Assembly: GCA_965205335.1 (NCBI GenBank)
Contig: OZ242164.1
Span: 544,001-608,000, forward strand
Source: Candidatus Woesearchaeota archaeon
Lineage (GTDB): Archaea > Nanobdellota > Nanobdellia > Woesearchaeales > UBA583
Direction of reading: 5' to 3'
DNA length: 64,000 bases
Each line of letters opens with the position of its first letter. Positions within the stretch are counted from its first letter, which is position 1. The position numbers and the translations under genes were made by a program. Shown here piece by piece: positions 31,502 to 40,418 of the stretch. The notes under the pieces are model-generated. The model saw only the letters and a program-made list of their open reading frames with translations, had not been told where the DNA came from and made no database searches.

Positions 31502-32092
31502 CTAACGTTCAAAATACGTAACATCAATTGCAAAAGCCATAGCAAGTATTATCATTTTTAAATTATTATCTGATGTATTCATAAAATCAACAACAAAATT
31601 ATCTGCATCAGAAATAAGTTCCTTCCCACCAGACCACTTCTTTGTAATCCTTGCAAACTCCCTATTATTTTCCATAAAATTAAATGTCCAGGGGTGAACT
31701 GCCTTTGACTCACATATAAAAGTCTTTGAAGAATTAGACATTCTTATCTCCAATACTTTTCTCAGAAAAGTAAATTTACCCTTAACATCTGCTATAACTT
31801 CTCCCTTCTCATTATAAATCTTCATCTTAGGCACAAAGAAATAAAAAGGTCTTTCAACCGACACACAAATATCTCTCTTATCGTCCATTACATTGATTTT
31901 CGTAGGTCTGTTTCTGCCGCCAAAATACCGAGCCGCAAAAGAACTATCCTCAAAAGCATAAGAAAAACTCCCTCCTCCCTCTGTCTGAATCTCATACTTA
32001 TTTCTTGTCTCAAAGCCCGTAAAAATCTCTGCCATTTCCTTTATTTGCTTAACTATCAATTTATTATAAGGTATCTCCATACCCACTTTCAT
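31502..32092 (-). CDS. scramblase/LURP-one-related (Tubby C-terminal-like) protein
   Basis: GFETRNKYEI and ITKKWSG...DADNFVVDF motifs. Confidence 0.75.
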   Translation of the reverse strand: MKVGMEIPYNKLIVKQIKEMAEIFTGFETRNKYEIQTEGGGSFSYAFEDSSFAARYFGGRNRPTKINVMDDKRDICVSVERPFYFFVPKMKIYNEKGEVIADVKGKFTFLRKVLEIRMSNSSKTFICESKAVHPWTFNFMENNREFARITKKWSGGKELISDADNFVVDFMNTSDNNLKMIILAMAFAIDVTYFER

Positions 32093-32151
32093 AGAAGAAT
32101 ATTTATAATAATTTTCTGTCACGATATAGTACATTACATTCCAAACACCAA

Positions 32152-33135
32152 TTAAAATTCTGATTCAATGTTCACATAAGCATTTGGTTTCAAATCATTA
32201 ATATCAGTTCTTGCAGAGGCTCTGTCTAAATACCCCTGCCATGCAATCATAACACCATTATCCAAAGCATACTCCATACAAAAACTATCATACTTAGCCC
32301 CTCTTTGCCGACACATCTCCCCTGCCATTTCTGTTAATCTCTTATTTGATGCAACCCCTCCAACAATTATCATCTCCTTTTTATTAGTATAAGCCATCGC
32401 CCTCTCGCATATTTCCATAACCATTGCAAAGCAATTCTCCTGAAGAGAATAACACAAATCCTCTATTTCATACTTTTTAGAGTTCACCTTCTGCTTTAAA
32501 TTAGAATAAATTCCTGCAAGAGATAAATTCATCCCCTTAACTGTATACGGCAATTCAACAAACTTTTCCGACTTCTTAGCCATTTCCTCAATCTTAGGAC
32601 CTGCCGGAAAACCAAAACCAATAAACCTTCCAAACGAATCAAACAAATTCCCAAGTCCTATATCCTCACTCTCACCATATATCTTATACCTCCGCGTCTC
32701 ATCCTTTGCAATAACCTGAGTATTCACACCAGAAACATACAAAAACATAGGCTCAGACATCCCCGTAAGCATCTTTCCAATTTCCAAATGAGCCTTTATA
32801 TGATTTACTCCAACAACTGGAATATTATATTTTAAAGATAAAACCTTAGCGCAAAGAGAGCCAATCTTTAACGAATTACCAATGCCAGGTCCTCTTGAAA
32901 AAGAAATCAAATCAATATCACAAAAACCTTTCCCAATAGATTTCAAGAATTTCTTTGCCTCCTTTAAAACACAATCAAAATTTGCAACATGAAAATCAGA
33001 AAGTTTTCTTAAATCCATTCCATCAGAAGAATCCTTAAACGAAGACTTCTCATTAAAAAGAATCTTCTTCTTAGAACAATCAACTATTCCAATTCCAAAA
33101 GTATGAGCAGTGCATTCAATCCCAAGAACTAACAT
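32152..33135 (-). CDS. kae1: KEOPS t6A synthase Kae1
   Basis: GIECTAHT, SRGPG, VNHIKAH, SGVNTQ, GGVASN and DNGVMIAW motifs. Confidence 0.92.
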   Translation of the reverse strand: MLVLGIECTAHTFGIGIVDCSKKKILFNEKSSFKDSSDGMDLRKLSDFHVANFDCVLKEAKKFLKSIGKGFCDIDLISFSRGPGIGNSLKIGSLCAKVLSLKYNIPVVGVNHIKAHLEIGKMLTGMSEPMFLYVSGVNTQVIAKDETRRYKIYGESEDIGLGNLFDSFGRFIGFGFPAGPKIEEMAKKSEKFVELPYTVKGMNLSLAGIYSNLKQKVNSKKYEIEDLCYSLQENCFAMVMEICERAMAYTNKKEMIIVGGVASNKRLTEMAGEMCRQRGAKYDSFCMEYALDNGVMIAWQGYLDRASARTDINDLKPNAYVNIESEF

Positions 33136-33305
33136 AAAAAAGATAAGAACAACTAACTTATAAAATATTCCAAAGAAGATGCACAGTAACAAAAGTGAAT
33201 ATGTTGTAGATATGGAAATTATGTAACTTTGGAAATTGTTTTTGGATGCTATACTAAAAATTAGTGTCTGGAAAAGTTTAAAAAAAGTTTTTTTTCTTAT
33301 GTTCT

Positions 33306-34433
33306 ATGGAAGAAAGAGAAAATATTTTAAAAGAGATTGAAAAAAGGGAAAAAGAGATAAAGAAATATCATGAGTTATTTTTTGGTTACCCTTGTAATGC
33401 TTGTTTTAATTATAAAAAACTTTTTGGTTTTATGAATTATCCTATTAATAATGTTGGGGATCCTTTTGTTCCTTCTTCGTATAAACTCTCTACAAAAGAC
33501 TTTGAACAAAAGGTTTTGAAATTCTTTGCAAAACTCTACAAAATTAAAGAGGATGTGTTTTGGGGATATGTTACTTCTGGAGGAACGGAAGGGAATATGT
33601 ACGGATTGTTTTTAGCAAGAGAGTTATATCCTAATGGAAGACTTTATTTTTCAGAGGATTCTCATTATTCCATTCTTAAAATTGCAAAGATATTAAAGCT
33701 AAAGTATTCTATTGTAAAGTCTCTAAACTCTAAAACTGAATGGGGAGAGATTGATGTTAAACATTTAGAGAAACTTCTAATTAAATATAAGAAATCCCCT
33801 CCAATATTAAGTTTGAATATAGGAACTACTATGAAGGGTGGGATTGATAATCTCAATGAAATTTGTGCTATTTTTAAAAGGCATAATATTAAAGAGCATT
33901 ATATTCATTGTGATGCCGCTCTTTTTGGAATGATTATTCCTTTCTTAAAGAAAACTCCTGTAATTGATTTTACTCAGCCTATTAAAAGTATTGCTATCTC
34001 AGGGCATAAGTTTATAGGCTCTCCTATTCCTTGTGGTATTGTTCTTACTAAAAAAGAGTTTGTTAAGAGAATAGAAACAAAGATAAGTTATATTGATACA
34101 TTAGATACTACTCTTTCAGGTTCAAGAAATGGAATAACTCCTCTTATTTTATGGTATGCTATTAAAACAAGAAAACTTACAGGGTTTAGAAAGGAGGTTA
34201 ATGCTTGTATAAAGAACTCTAAGTATCTTTATGCTTCTTTGAGGAAAATAAAATATCCTGTGAGGTTAAATGAGTTTTCAAATACTGTTGTTATTAAGAA
34301 ACCTGTTGATGAGAGATTTGTAAAGAGGTGGCAACTTGCAACTCAGGGGGATTATGCTCATATTGTTGTTATGCAACATATCACAAAACAAAAAATAGAT
34401 AGATTTATTTCCGAACTAAAAAAGACATTGTAG
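33306..34433 (+). CDS. hdc: PLP-dependent histidine decarboxylase-like (group II) enzyme
   Basis: GYP, NNVGDP, GYVTSGGTEGN, HCDAAL, SGHKFIGSPIPCG and GSRNG motifs. Confidence 0.82.
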   Translation: MEERENILKEIEKREKEIKKYHELFFGYPCNACFNYKKLFGFMNYPINNVGDPFVPSSYKLSTKDFEQKVLKFFAKLYKIKEDVFWGYVTSGGTEGNMYGLFLARELYPNGRLYFSEDSHYSILKIAKILKLKYSIVKSLNSKTEWGEIDVKHLEKLLIKYKKSPPILSLNIGTTMKGGIDNLNEICAIFKRHNIKEHYIHCDAALFGMIIPFLKKTPVIDFTQPIKSIAISGHKFIGSPIPCGIVLTKKEFVKRIETKISYIDTLDTTLSGSRNGITPLILWYAIKTRKLTGFRKEVNACIKNSKYLYASLRKIKYPVRLNEFSNTVVIKKPVDERFVKRWQLATQGDYAHIVVMQHITKQKIDRFISELKKTL

Positions 34434-34490
34434 AGTGGTAAGTATTAGTTTCTATGTGAGTGTTAGAATTAGGGACATAATTTTGAATTC

Positions 34491-34618
34491 GGCTCTGTCC
34501 GAAAATTCAAGAGAACTTAAAATATTGTATCAGTAAAGCAATTTTTGACAAATTATTTTTTTCTTTGACTGAATATAGTTAGCATAGATTTTGGAAAAAC
34601 CAATTTCCGGACAGATGG
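34491..34618. mobile_element. MITE family A copy 1 (about 128 bp, degenerate right end)
   Basis: Starts GGCTCTGTCCG, ends CGGACAGATGG; highly similar to 34629-34756 and 60795-60922. Confidence 0.8.
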
Positions 34619-34628
34619 ACGAATTCGT

Positions 34629-34756
34629 GGCTCTGTCCGGAAAGTCAAGAGAGCATAAAATATTATATAAATAAAACAATTTTTGACAAATAATTTCTTT
34701 CTTTGATTGAACATAACTAGCATAGATTTTGAAGAAAACAATTTCAGGACAGAGCC
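34629..34756. mobile_element. MITE family A copy 2
   Basis: TIR GGCTCTGTCC/GGACAGAGCC; ACGAATTC on both flanks. Confidence 0.85.
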
Positions 34757-34805
34757 ACGAATTCCAAAGTTTTATAAACAACTTGCTGTTAAAACTTCTT
34801 ATTTA

Positions 34806-35882
34806 ATGGACCTAAAATTCGGGCTAATTAGTCTGGGGAGTACCTCCTCTAAGATGATTTTGGAAGAAGCAAAAGCTTACTTTGATGTAGTAGATAGTAT
34901 TGACCTAAAAAAGATTGAAATCAAAATTAACGATAGTATATCAGTATTATATGATGGAGAATCTCTCCCTGAATATGACTGTCTATACTTTAAGGGGAGT
35001 TTTAAATACTCTACACTTCTTTTCTCTCTCTCTGAGATCTTTAAGGATAAATGTTATATTCCTATCAGACCAAACGCTCATATAATTGCTCATAACAAAT
35101 TTATGACTCATCTTCTCTTATCTTCCGATAAATCCCTTAAAATGCCTTCAACTTACTTTACAGCAAAGATTTCCGAAACTAAAGCTTTCTTAAAAACTCT
35201 TAATTATCCTATTATTATGAAATTTCCTTCTGGAACTCATGGTAAAGGAGTTATCTTTACAGAAAGTTATTCAAGCGCCAGTTCTATGATTGATGCTTTA
35301 GATGTCTTCGATCAGCCTGTAATCATTCAGGACTACGTTAATATAAAGTCAGATCTAAGAATTATTGTTGCAGGAGATAAAGTCGTTGGAGCTATGAGGA
35401 GGATTGCAAAAGCCGATGATGTCCGTGCAAATGCTCATGCAGGAGGCAATGCTGAACCCTATTTACCAACTCCTGATGTCAAAAGAATGTCAATTAATGC
35501 TGCAAAAAAAATTGGAGCTGATATTTGCGGTGTAGATATTATAGAAACTGATTATGGACCTCAGATTCTTGAAGTAAATACTTCACCTGGGCTTCAGAAG
35601 ATTACAGAGGTTACAAAGAAAAACATAGCAAAGGAAATTGTTGAGTTCCTATATGAGAAAACAAAGGAAAGAAAAGAAAGAAAAGACAAAACCATTGCAA
35701 AATCAATGGTTGGAGAATTGGGAATTGATGAGATTGGAATTCGTGAACTTGAAGGAGATATTAGAATAGTTAACGGAAAAATTGTTCTGCCTGAATTTGT
35801 ATCAAAGATGAGTGATTTTAGTGATGGGGAAAGCGTTAACTTAAAAGTTTCAAAAGACAGTGTAACAATTGGCAAAAACTAA
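34806..35882 (+). CDS. RimK-family ATP-grasp ligase
   Basis: GTHGKGV, DLRIIV, RANAHAGG, GVDII and LEVNTSPG motifs; start moved to MDLKFG. Confidence 0.88.
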   Translation: MDLKFGLISLGSTSSKMILEEAKAYFDVVDSIDLKKIEIKINDSISVLYDGESLPEYDCLYFKGSFKYSTLLFSLSEIFKDKCYIPIRPNAHIIAHNKFMTHLLLSSDKSLKMPSTYFTAKISETKAFLKTLNYPIIMKFPSGTHGKGVIFTESYSSASSMIDALDVFDQPVIIQDYVNIKSDLRIIVAGDKVVGAMRRIAKADDVRANAHAGGNAEPYLPTPDVKRMSINAAKKIGADICGVDIIETDYGPQILEVNTSPGLQKITEVTKKNIAKEIVEFLYEKTKERKERKDKTIAKSMVGELGIDEIGIRELEGDIRIVNGKIVLPEFVSKMSDFSDGESVNLKVSKDSVTIGKN

Positions 35883-36250
35883 TCTTTCAGAACACCTTTA
35901 AGCGTTCCTGAAACTTTAATTATTTCTATTTTTGCTGGAGTTTTATCTATTCTCTGAATCAGAGAAAGAACTCCAATTAGTTTCTCCTTTGTTCTCGTAT
36001 CAACTTTTATAACTAATTCCTGATTTTTTTCATTAAACTTATCTCTAAGAATCCAAAACCCTGATTTTGATATCTCAATACTCCCTAAAAACATTATAAC
36101 CTGCGATAATATGCTCTCTGATAGTTCCTTAAATTCAAATTTCTTATCAGAAACTATTTTTGCTCTTATGAACCTCTTCTTTGTTCTAAGCGTTGGCGAG
36201 AGAGGTTTTAGTTTTGAATCATAAGAAGCATTCTTAGTTTTATTTAACAT
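35879..36250 (-). CDS. rnp2: RNase P protein component Pop5 (Rnp2)
   Basis: LSPTLRTKKRFI and VSGTLK motifs; rnpB in same window. Confidence 0.8.
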   Translation of the reverse strand: MLNKTKNASYDSKLKPLSPTLRTKKRFIRAKIVSDKKFEFKELSESILSQVIMFLGSIEISKSGFWILRDKFNEKNQELVIKVDTRTKEKLIGVLSLIQRIDKTPAKIEIIKVSGTLKGVLKD

Positions 36251-36381
36251 GTATTAATTCTTTATAACTGCTCTTTTATTAAAAAGCTTTGTTATATCAA
36301 AATAAGAAGACGAAAATAATTAACCTCCAAAAGTTAAACATAAATATTATAAAGCAAAGACACAAAGTTAAATTTAGCACA

Positions 36382-37296
36382 ATGGCTACAAATTCAAAGA
36401 AAAAAACAAAACCAAAGAAAGCAACAGAGAATATGAAGGCAACAATGCATAGTGAACAGTGTGATACAATGGCTAATGGAAGTTGTTCAAGTAACATAAA
36501 CACATTACTCATAGTTTTAGTAGTGTTGGCTGTTATACAACTTATTTTCTCTGTAATGATGTTGTACCCTCAAGGCAATGATACAGATATGAACATGATG
36601 GATAAAGGTATGAATTTAGATGATTCCTTAATGAAAAAAATTGACTCAATAGAGAGCAAAGTAAATTCAATTGATAATTTCTTTGCATCAAATGTCCAAG
36701 GCTACAATCCTGGTTCAGATAATGGACAACAAGTTGCTCCTACACCAAGTGCTCCTTCTCAACCTGTTGGAGAGCCAGATATAAATGGAGAGCCAACTCT
36801 TGGAGATGCTAATGCTCCTGTAACAATTGTTGAGTATAGTGACTATGAATGTCCTTTCTGTGCAAGATTCTACAGCCAAACTCTTGGACAGTTAAAAAAA
36901 GAATACATAGACACTGGGAAAGTTAAACTTGTATACAAAGATTTCCCATTAGATTTCCACCAGAATGCAAAACCTGCAGCAATTGCAGCAAACTGTGTAC
37001 ATAAAGAATTAGGAAATGTGAAATATTTCGAATATCACGATATGATCTTTGAGAACCAACAAAGTCTTAACACACAGAATCTTAAAAAATGGGCTCTTGA
37101 ATTAGGAGTATCTGAGAATGCTTACGATACTTGTATTAATGACCCACAAATGGCAGCAGAAGTTGAGGAAGACACGAGAGAAGGAAGTTCATTTGGTGTT
37201 AGCGGAACTCCATCATTTCTAATCAATGGAGAACTTATTGTTGGAGCTGTACCTTACAGCCAGATTAAAGCAACAATTGATAGCAAATTATCATAA
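36382..37296 (+). CDS. membrane-anchored DsbA/BdbD-family oxidoreductase
   Basis: TM anchor; SDYECPFC, DFPL and GVSGTPSF motifs. Confidence 0.9.
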   Translation: MATNSKKKTKPKKATENMKATMHSEQCDTMANGSCSSNINTLLIVLVVLAVIQLIFSVMMLYPQGNDTDMNMMDKGMNLDDSLMKKIDSIESKVNSIDNFFASNVQGYNPGSDNGQQVAPTPSAPSQPVGEPDINGEPTLGDANAPVTIVEYSDYECPFCARFYSQTLGQLKKEYIDTGKVKLVYKDFPLDFHQNAKPAAIAANCVHKELGNVKYFEYHDMIFENQQSLNTQNLKKWALELGVSENAYDTCINDPQMAAEVEEDTREGSSFGVSGTPSFLINGELIVGAVPYSQIKATIDSKLS

Positions 37297-37390
37297 ATTC
37301 TTTTTCTTTTAACATTTAAAAGAACACATAAATATCTAATATTATAGATTATATGAAAAGTATTATAAACAACAAATTCTCAAACTAAAT

Positions 37391-37828
37391 ATGATGAAAA
37401 AACACAAATTCAAAGGAATAGAATATAAAAGCACAGGTGAGTATGAAATTGCTAAATTTCTAACAAGTCTTGATTTAGAATTTGAATATGAATTTCCAAT
37501 AGCTATAGTTGATAATAAAAAACCAAAATTATGGTACCCAGATTTCTATCTAAAAGAATACCAAGTAGTGATAGAATATTTTGGAATGTACAATTATAAC
37601 AAAGTGTATAAAGACAATGCAGAACATAAAAAAGAGATATACAAACAATGTGGAATTCAGTTTGTTGCAATATATCACATAAGTAAAAATTGGCAGGAAT
37701 ATCTACTAAAAACAATTCTTACGCATCAGGAAATAAAAGCCAAAAAGATGACATCCATCTTAGATAAATTTGAGAAGAAAAATAAAGGTTTTGCAAAAAA
37801 ATTCAGATGGGATTTCTGGAAGCATTAG
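37391..37828 (+). CDS. PD-(D/E)xK nuclease-like protein
   Basis: KS.GE..IA.FL, YEFP and YPDFYL...IEYFG motifs. Confidence 0.65.
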   Translation: MMKKHKFKGIEYKSTGEYEIAKFLTSLDLEFEYEFPIAIVDNKKPKLWYPDFYLKEYQVVIEYFGMYNYNKVYKDNAEHKKEIYKQCGIQFVAIYHISKNWQEYLLKTILTHQEIKAKKMTSILDKFEKKNKGFAKKFRWDFWKH

Positions 37829-37829
37829 A

Positions 37830-38150
37830 ATGAAAGAAATTAAAACTGAAAATAAATTACATGTATTTGTTTGTGTAAATGAGAGAATTAACAAAGATTC
37901 CTGCTCACATACAATTTCTCAAAAAGATTTTTATGAATTAAAAAAATGGGCGAAAGAAGAAGGACTAATTCCCAATATATTCATAACAAAAACAGGCTGT
38001 CTTGGATTCTGTAACCCTATTGGAGGATGCATTGCAATATATCCTAATAAGAAATTCTACTCCGAAATAAAATCAATAGACGAAATAAAGGAAATAATTA
38101 GAAAATTTTCAAAAGAGAATTTAGAAAATACTTTGGAAATGAAAGTTTAA
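37830..38150 (+). CDS. thioredoxin-like [2Fe-2S] ferredoxin
   Basis: HVFVCVNER..SC and TGCLGFC..G....IYP motifs. Confidence 0.82.
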   Translation: MKEIKTENKLHVFVCVNERINKDSCSHTISQKDFYELKKWAKEEGLIPNIFITKTGCLGFCNPIGGCIAIYPNKKFYSEIKSIDEIKEIIRKFSKENLENTLEMKV

Positions 38151-38240
38151 GGAATATTTGCATAAATGAATTTAAACAATTTTGATAATATTGATTTCAC
38201 AAAACCTTATAAATCAAAATTCATTACTAATTAGTTAAGA

Positions 38241-39233
38241 GTGGTGTCTTTGTTAAGGGAGAAAACTAACAGTTCAGAAAACCATAGACTGGAACAAAGA
38301 TTAGAAGGTTGGAGAAGATTAGACTATTTAGGAAGAGAATACGTTAGATTATACAAAGATTTAGTCCATGAAGATGAGCAAGGTAATCCATTACCATTTG
38401 AAGAAACCCCTAAAATGAGATCTACTAAAGACGAAATTCTCACAAAAATTCAGCGTTATTTACATTATCTAATGAGGGAAATTGTTTTCAAAGGCAAAAC
38501 AATAAATCTGAGAGGTAGAGAAGTTGGACTTTCCCTATTTGGTAATCCAGAATGGGTGAATAATAGAGAGTATCTTCTCAATGAAGTAATTCAGGATGCA
38601 AACTTAGCAATTCTTGAAAATTTACATAAATACAATCCAGAATTTGCCTTCTCACAATATGTTTCTCTTATGTTTGTAACAGGTGTTAAAAGATATATGA
38701 ATAAAAGAAGAGGTTTAATCAGAATCTCCATTCATAGACAATCACCTTTTTTTTGGAAATGTCTAAGCAAATCAAACGGATTAGAAGATTTTGTTAGATT
38801 AGTTAATAAAGAAACAGGATTGAAGGATAATGCATGCTGTGCTATTTACTTTGGATTAACAAATGAGTATGAACCTCTCTTTGAAGAACCCCAATATAAA
38901 CAAGAAGATGGGAGTACTGCCCCTCTATCTTATGAGGAAAGCCTTGCAGATGAATCCTTATCAGGAAGAGACCCTTTAAAAATATTTGAGAAATTTGAAC
39001 TTCGTGAAAATACCAGATATGTTTTAAGTGAGACACGACTAACCAAACGTGAACGAGATATAATCTCTCTTCATTTTGGATTAGACAATAATAAAGAGTT
39101 AACTTTAGAAGAAATTGGAAAAAGGTATGGTGTAACAAGAGAGGCAATCCGACAGATTGAAGCGGAAGCATTTAAAAAATTACGCAGAAGAACTCTTAAT
39201 ACCCCTCACCTTAAAGAATATCTTGGTTCTTAA
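38241..39233 (+). CDS. bacterial-type sigma-70 (RpoD/SigA-like) protein
   Basis: Region 2-like IQDANLAI...FSQY...IRI; region 4 LTKRERDIISLHFGL...TLEEIGKRYGVTREAIRQIEAEAFKKLR. Confidence 0.85.
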   Translation: MVSLLREKTNSSENHRLEQRLEGWRRLDYLGREYVRLYKDLVHEDEQGNPLPFEETPKMRSTKDEILTKIQRYLHYLMREIVFKGKTINLRGREVGLSLFGNPEWVNNREYLLNEVIQDANLAILENLHKYNPEFAFSQYVSLMFVTGVKRYMNKRRGLIRISIHRQSPFFWKCLSKSNGLEDFVRLVNKETGLKDNACCAIYFGLTNEYEPLFEEPQYKQEDGSTAPLSYEESLADESLSGRDPLKIFEKFELRENTRYVLSETRLTKRERDIISLHFGLDNNKELTLEEIGKRYGVTREAIRQIEAEAFKKLRRRTLNTPHLKEYLGS

Positions 39234-39351
39234 ACTTAATCTCTATACAACTTTAGAAGTTGGAACACAGTAAACAAAAAAGAAGTTTTAAATACATATT
39301 TAAAACAACACATATTCTAATATACAAAGAAAATCTATATGGTGATAAGTA

Positions 39352-40395
39352 ATGAAATTAGTAAAAACAATTCTTAGCATATTTATAGTTGCCCTCACTC
39401 TATTTCTTGTATTTATCCTATGGGCTTCATCTCAAAGTGGCATAGCACACCAGATAAATGGCGTACACACTACAACAAACACATCCTATAACTCTCCCTA
39501 TGAAAGTTTAGACAACAATAAAATAATAATAGCAACATATAATATTGGATATTTTTCATATCTTTCAAATATGGGTTTATATATTGATAAGAATATCAAT
39601 GAATCCTTCCAGAAATTTGACAAACGCCCATCCAAGAACATATATGATACCGCAGAGAAGACATTTCAAAAAATAATGAAAGACAAACAAATAGATATAC
39701 TTGCCACACAGGAAGTTGATTTTAAAGCATATCGCTCATACCATGCTAATCAGGGAGAGATAATTACATCACTCCTATCATTTCCTTATTCTGCATACAT
39801 AGTAACATGGGATAAAACTTTTGTACCATACCCCTATTCATTTGATTACGCAACACGTGATGTAGTTTCAGGACAGGGAGTATTTTCACGCCACCGTATT
39901 ATCTCGCAGGAAACCATTAGCCTCCCTCAATCAGGCGGAATCCTTCGCCGGCACTTTGATTTTAAAAAAAAGATACAAATAATAAGTATGGAAATTGACA
40001 AAGAAGTTGTATATATCATACACGCGCATCTTGATGCCTTTGATGCAGATACCAACTTTAAACAGGGACAGATACTTTTTGATACATATAAAAAAACTAA
40101 AGAGAAGGGTCCAACAATTGTACTTGGCGATTTCAACAATGATATAAAAACAGAAAAAGGGGAGAATGCTCTCTCAATATTTTTAAAATCTGATGAGATC
40201 GCACATATCTCGCAAGAGCCTCTTGATGAAAATTTCTATACATACCCATCAAATAACCCCATATTTCCTATTGATCACATACTATATGACCCAGATCATT
40301 TCTCTGTTGAAAAATGGGAAGTACTTAATATCTCAGGGGTATCTGATCACCTTCCAGTTATCGCAACACTGCATCTTATTAACAAATCACAATAA
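39352..40395 (+). CDS. membrane-anchored endonuclease/exonuclease/phosphatase (EEP) family protein
   Basis: TYNIG, TQEVD, HAHL, LGDFN, IDHI and SDHLPV motifs. Confidence 0.88.
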   Translation: MKLVKTILSIFIVALTLFLVFILWASSQSGIAHQINGVHTTTNTSYNSPYESLDNNKIIIATYNIGYFSYLSNMGLYIDKNINESFQKFDKRPSKNIYDTAEKTFQKIMKDKQIDILATQEVDFKAYRSYHANQGEIITSLLSFPYSAYIVTWDKTFVPYPYSFDYATRDVVSGQGVFSRHRIISQETISLPQSGGILRRHFDFKKKIQIISMEIDKEVVYIIHAHLDAFDADTNFKQGQILFDTYKKTKEKGPTIVLGDFNNDIKTEKGENALSIFLKSDEIAHISQEPLDENFYTYPSNNPIFPIDHILYDPDHFSVEKWEVLNISGVSDHLPVIATLHLINKSQ

Positions 40396-40418
40396 CCAAA
40401 AGGAAAATCAAAAAATCT

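Noticed and set aside
34491-34756. Near-identical repeat copies as a DGR template/variable pair
   Set aside because: Differences are not restricted to adenines, the copies are non-coding with TIRs/TSDs, and there is no reverse transcriptase in the window
34530-34781. Small minus-strand ORFs and the N-terminal extension of the RimK-like ORF
   Set aside because: Chance frames through MITE sequence
37391-40395. Nuclease, ferredoxin, sigma and EEP genes as a provirus or defence island
   Set aside because: No integrase, att repeats or virion genes; most of these genes appear to have separate promoters
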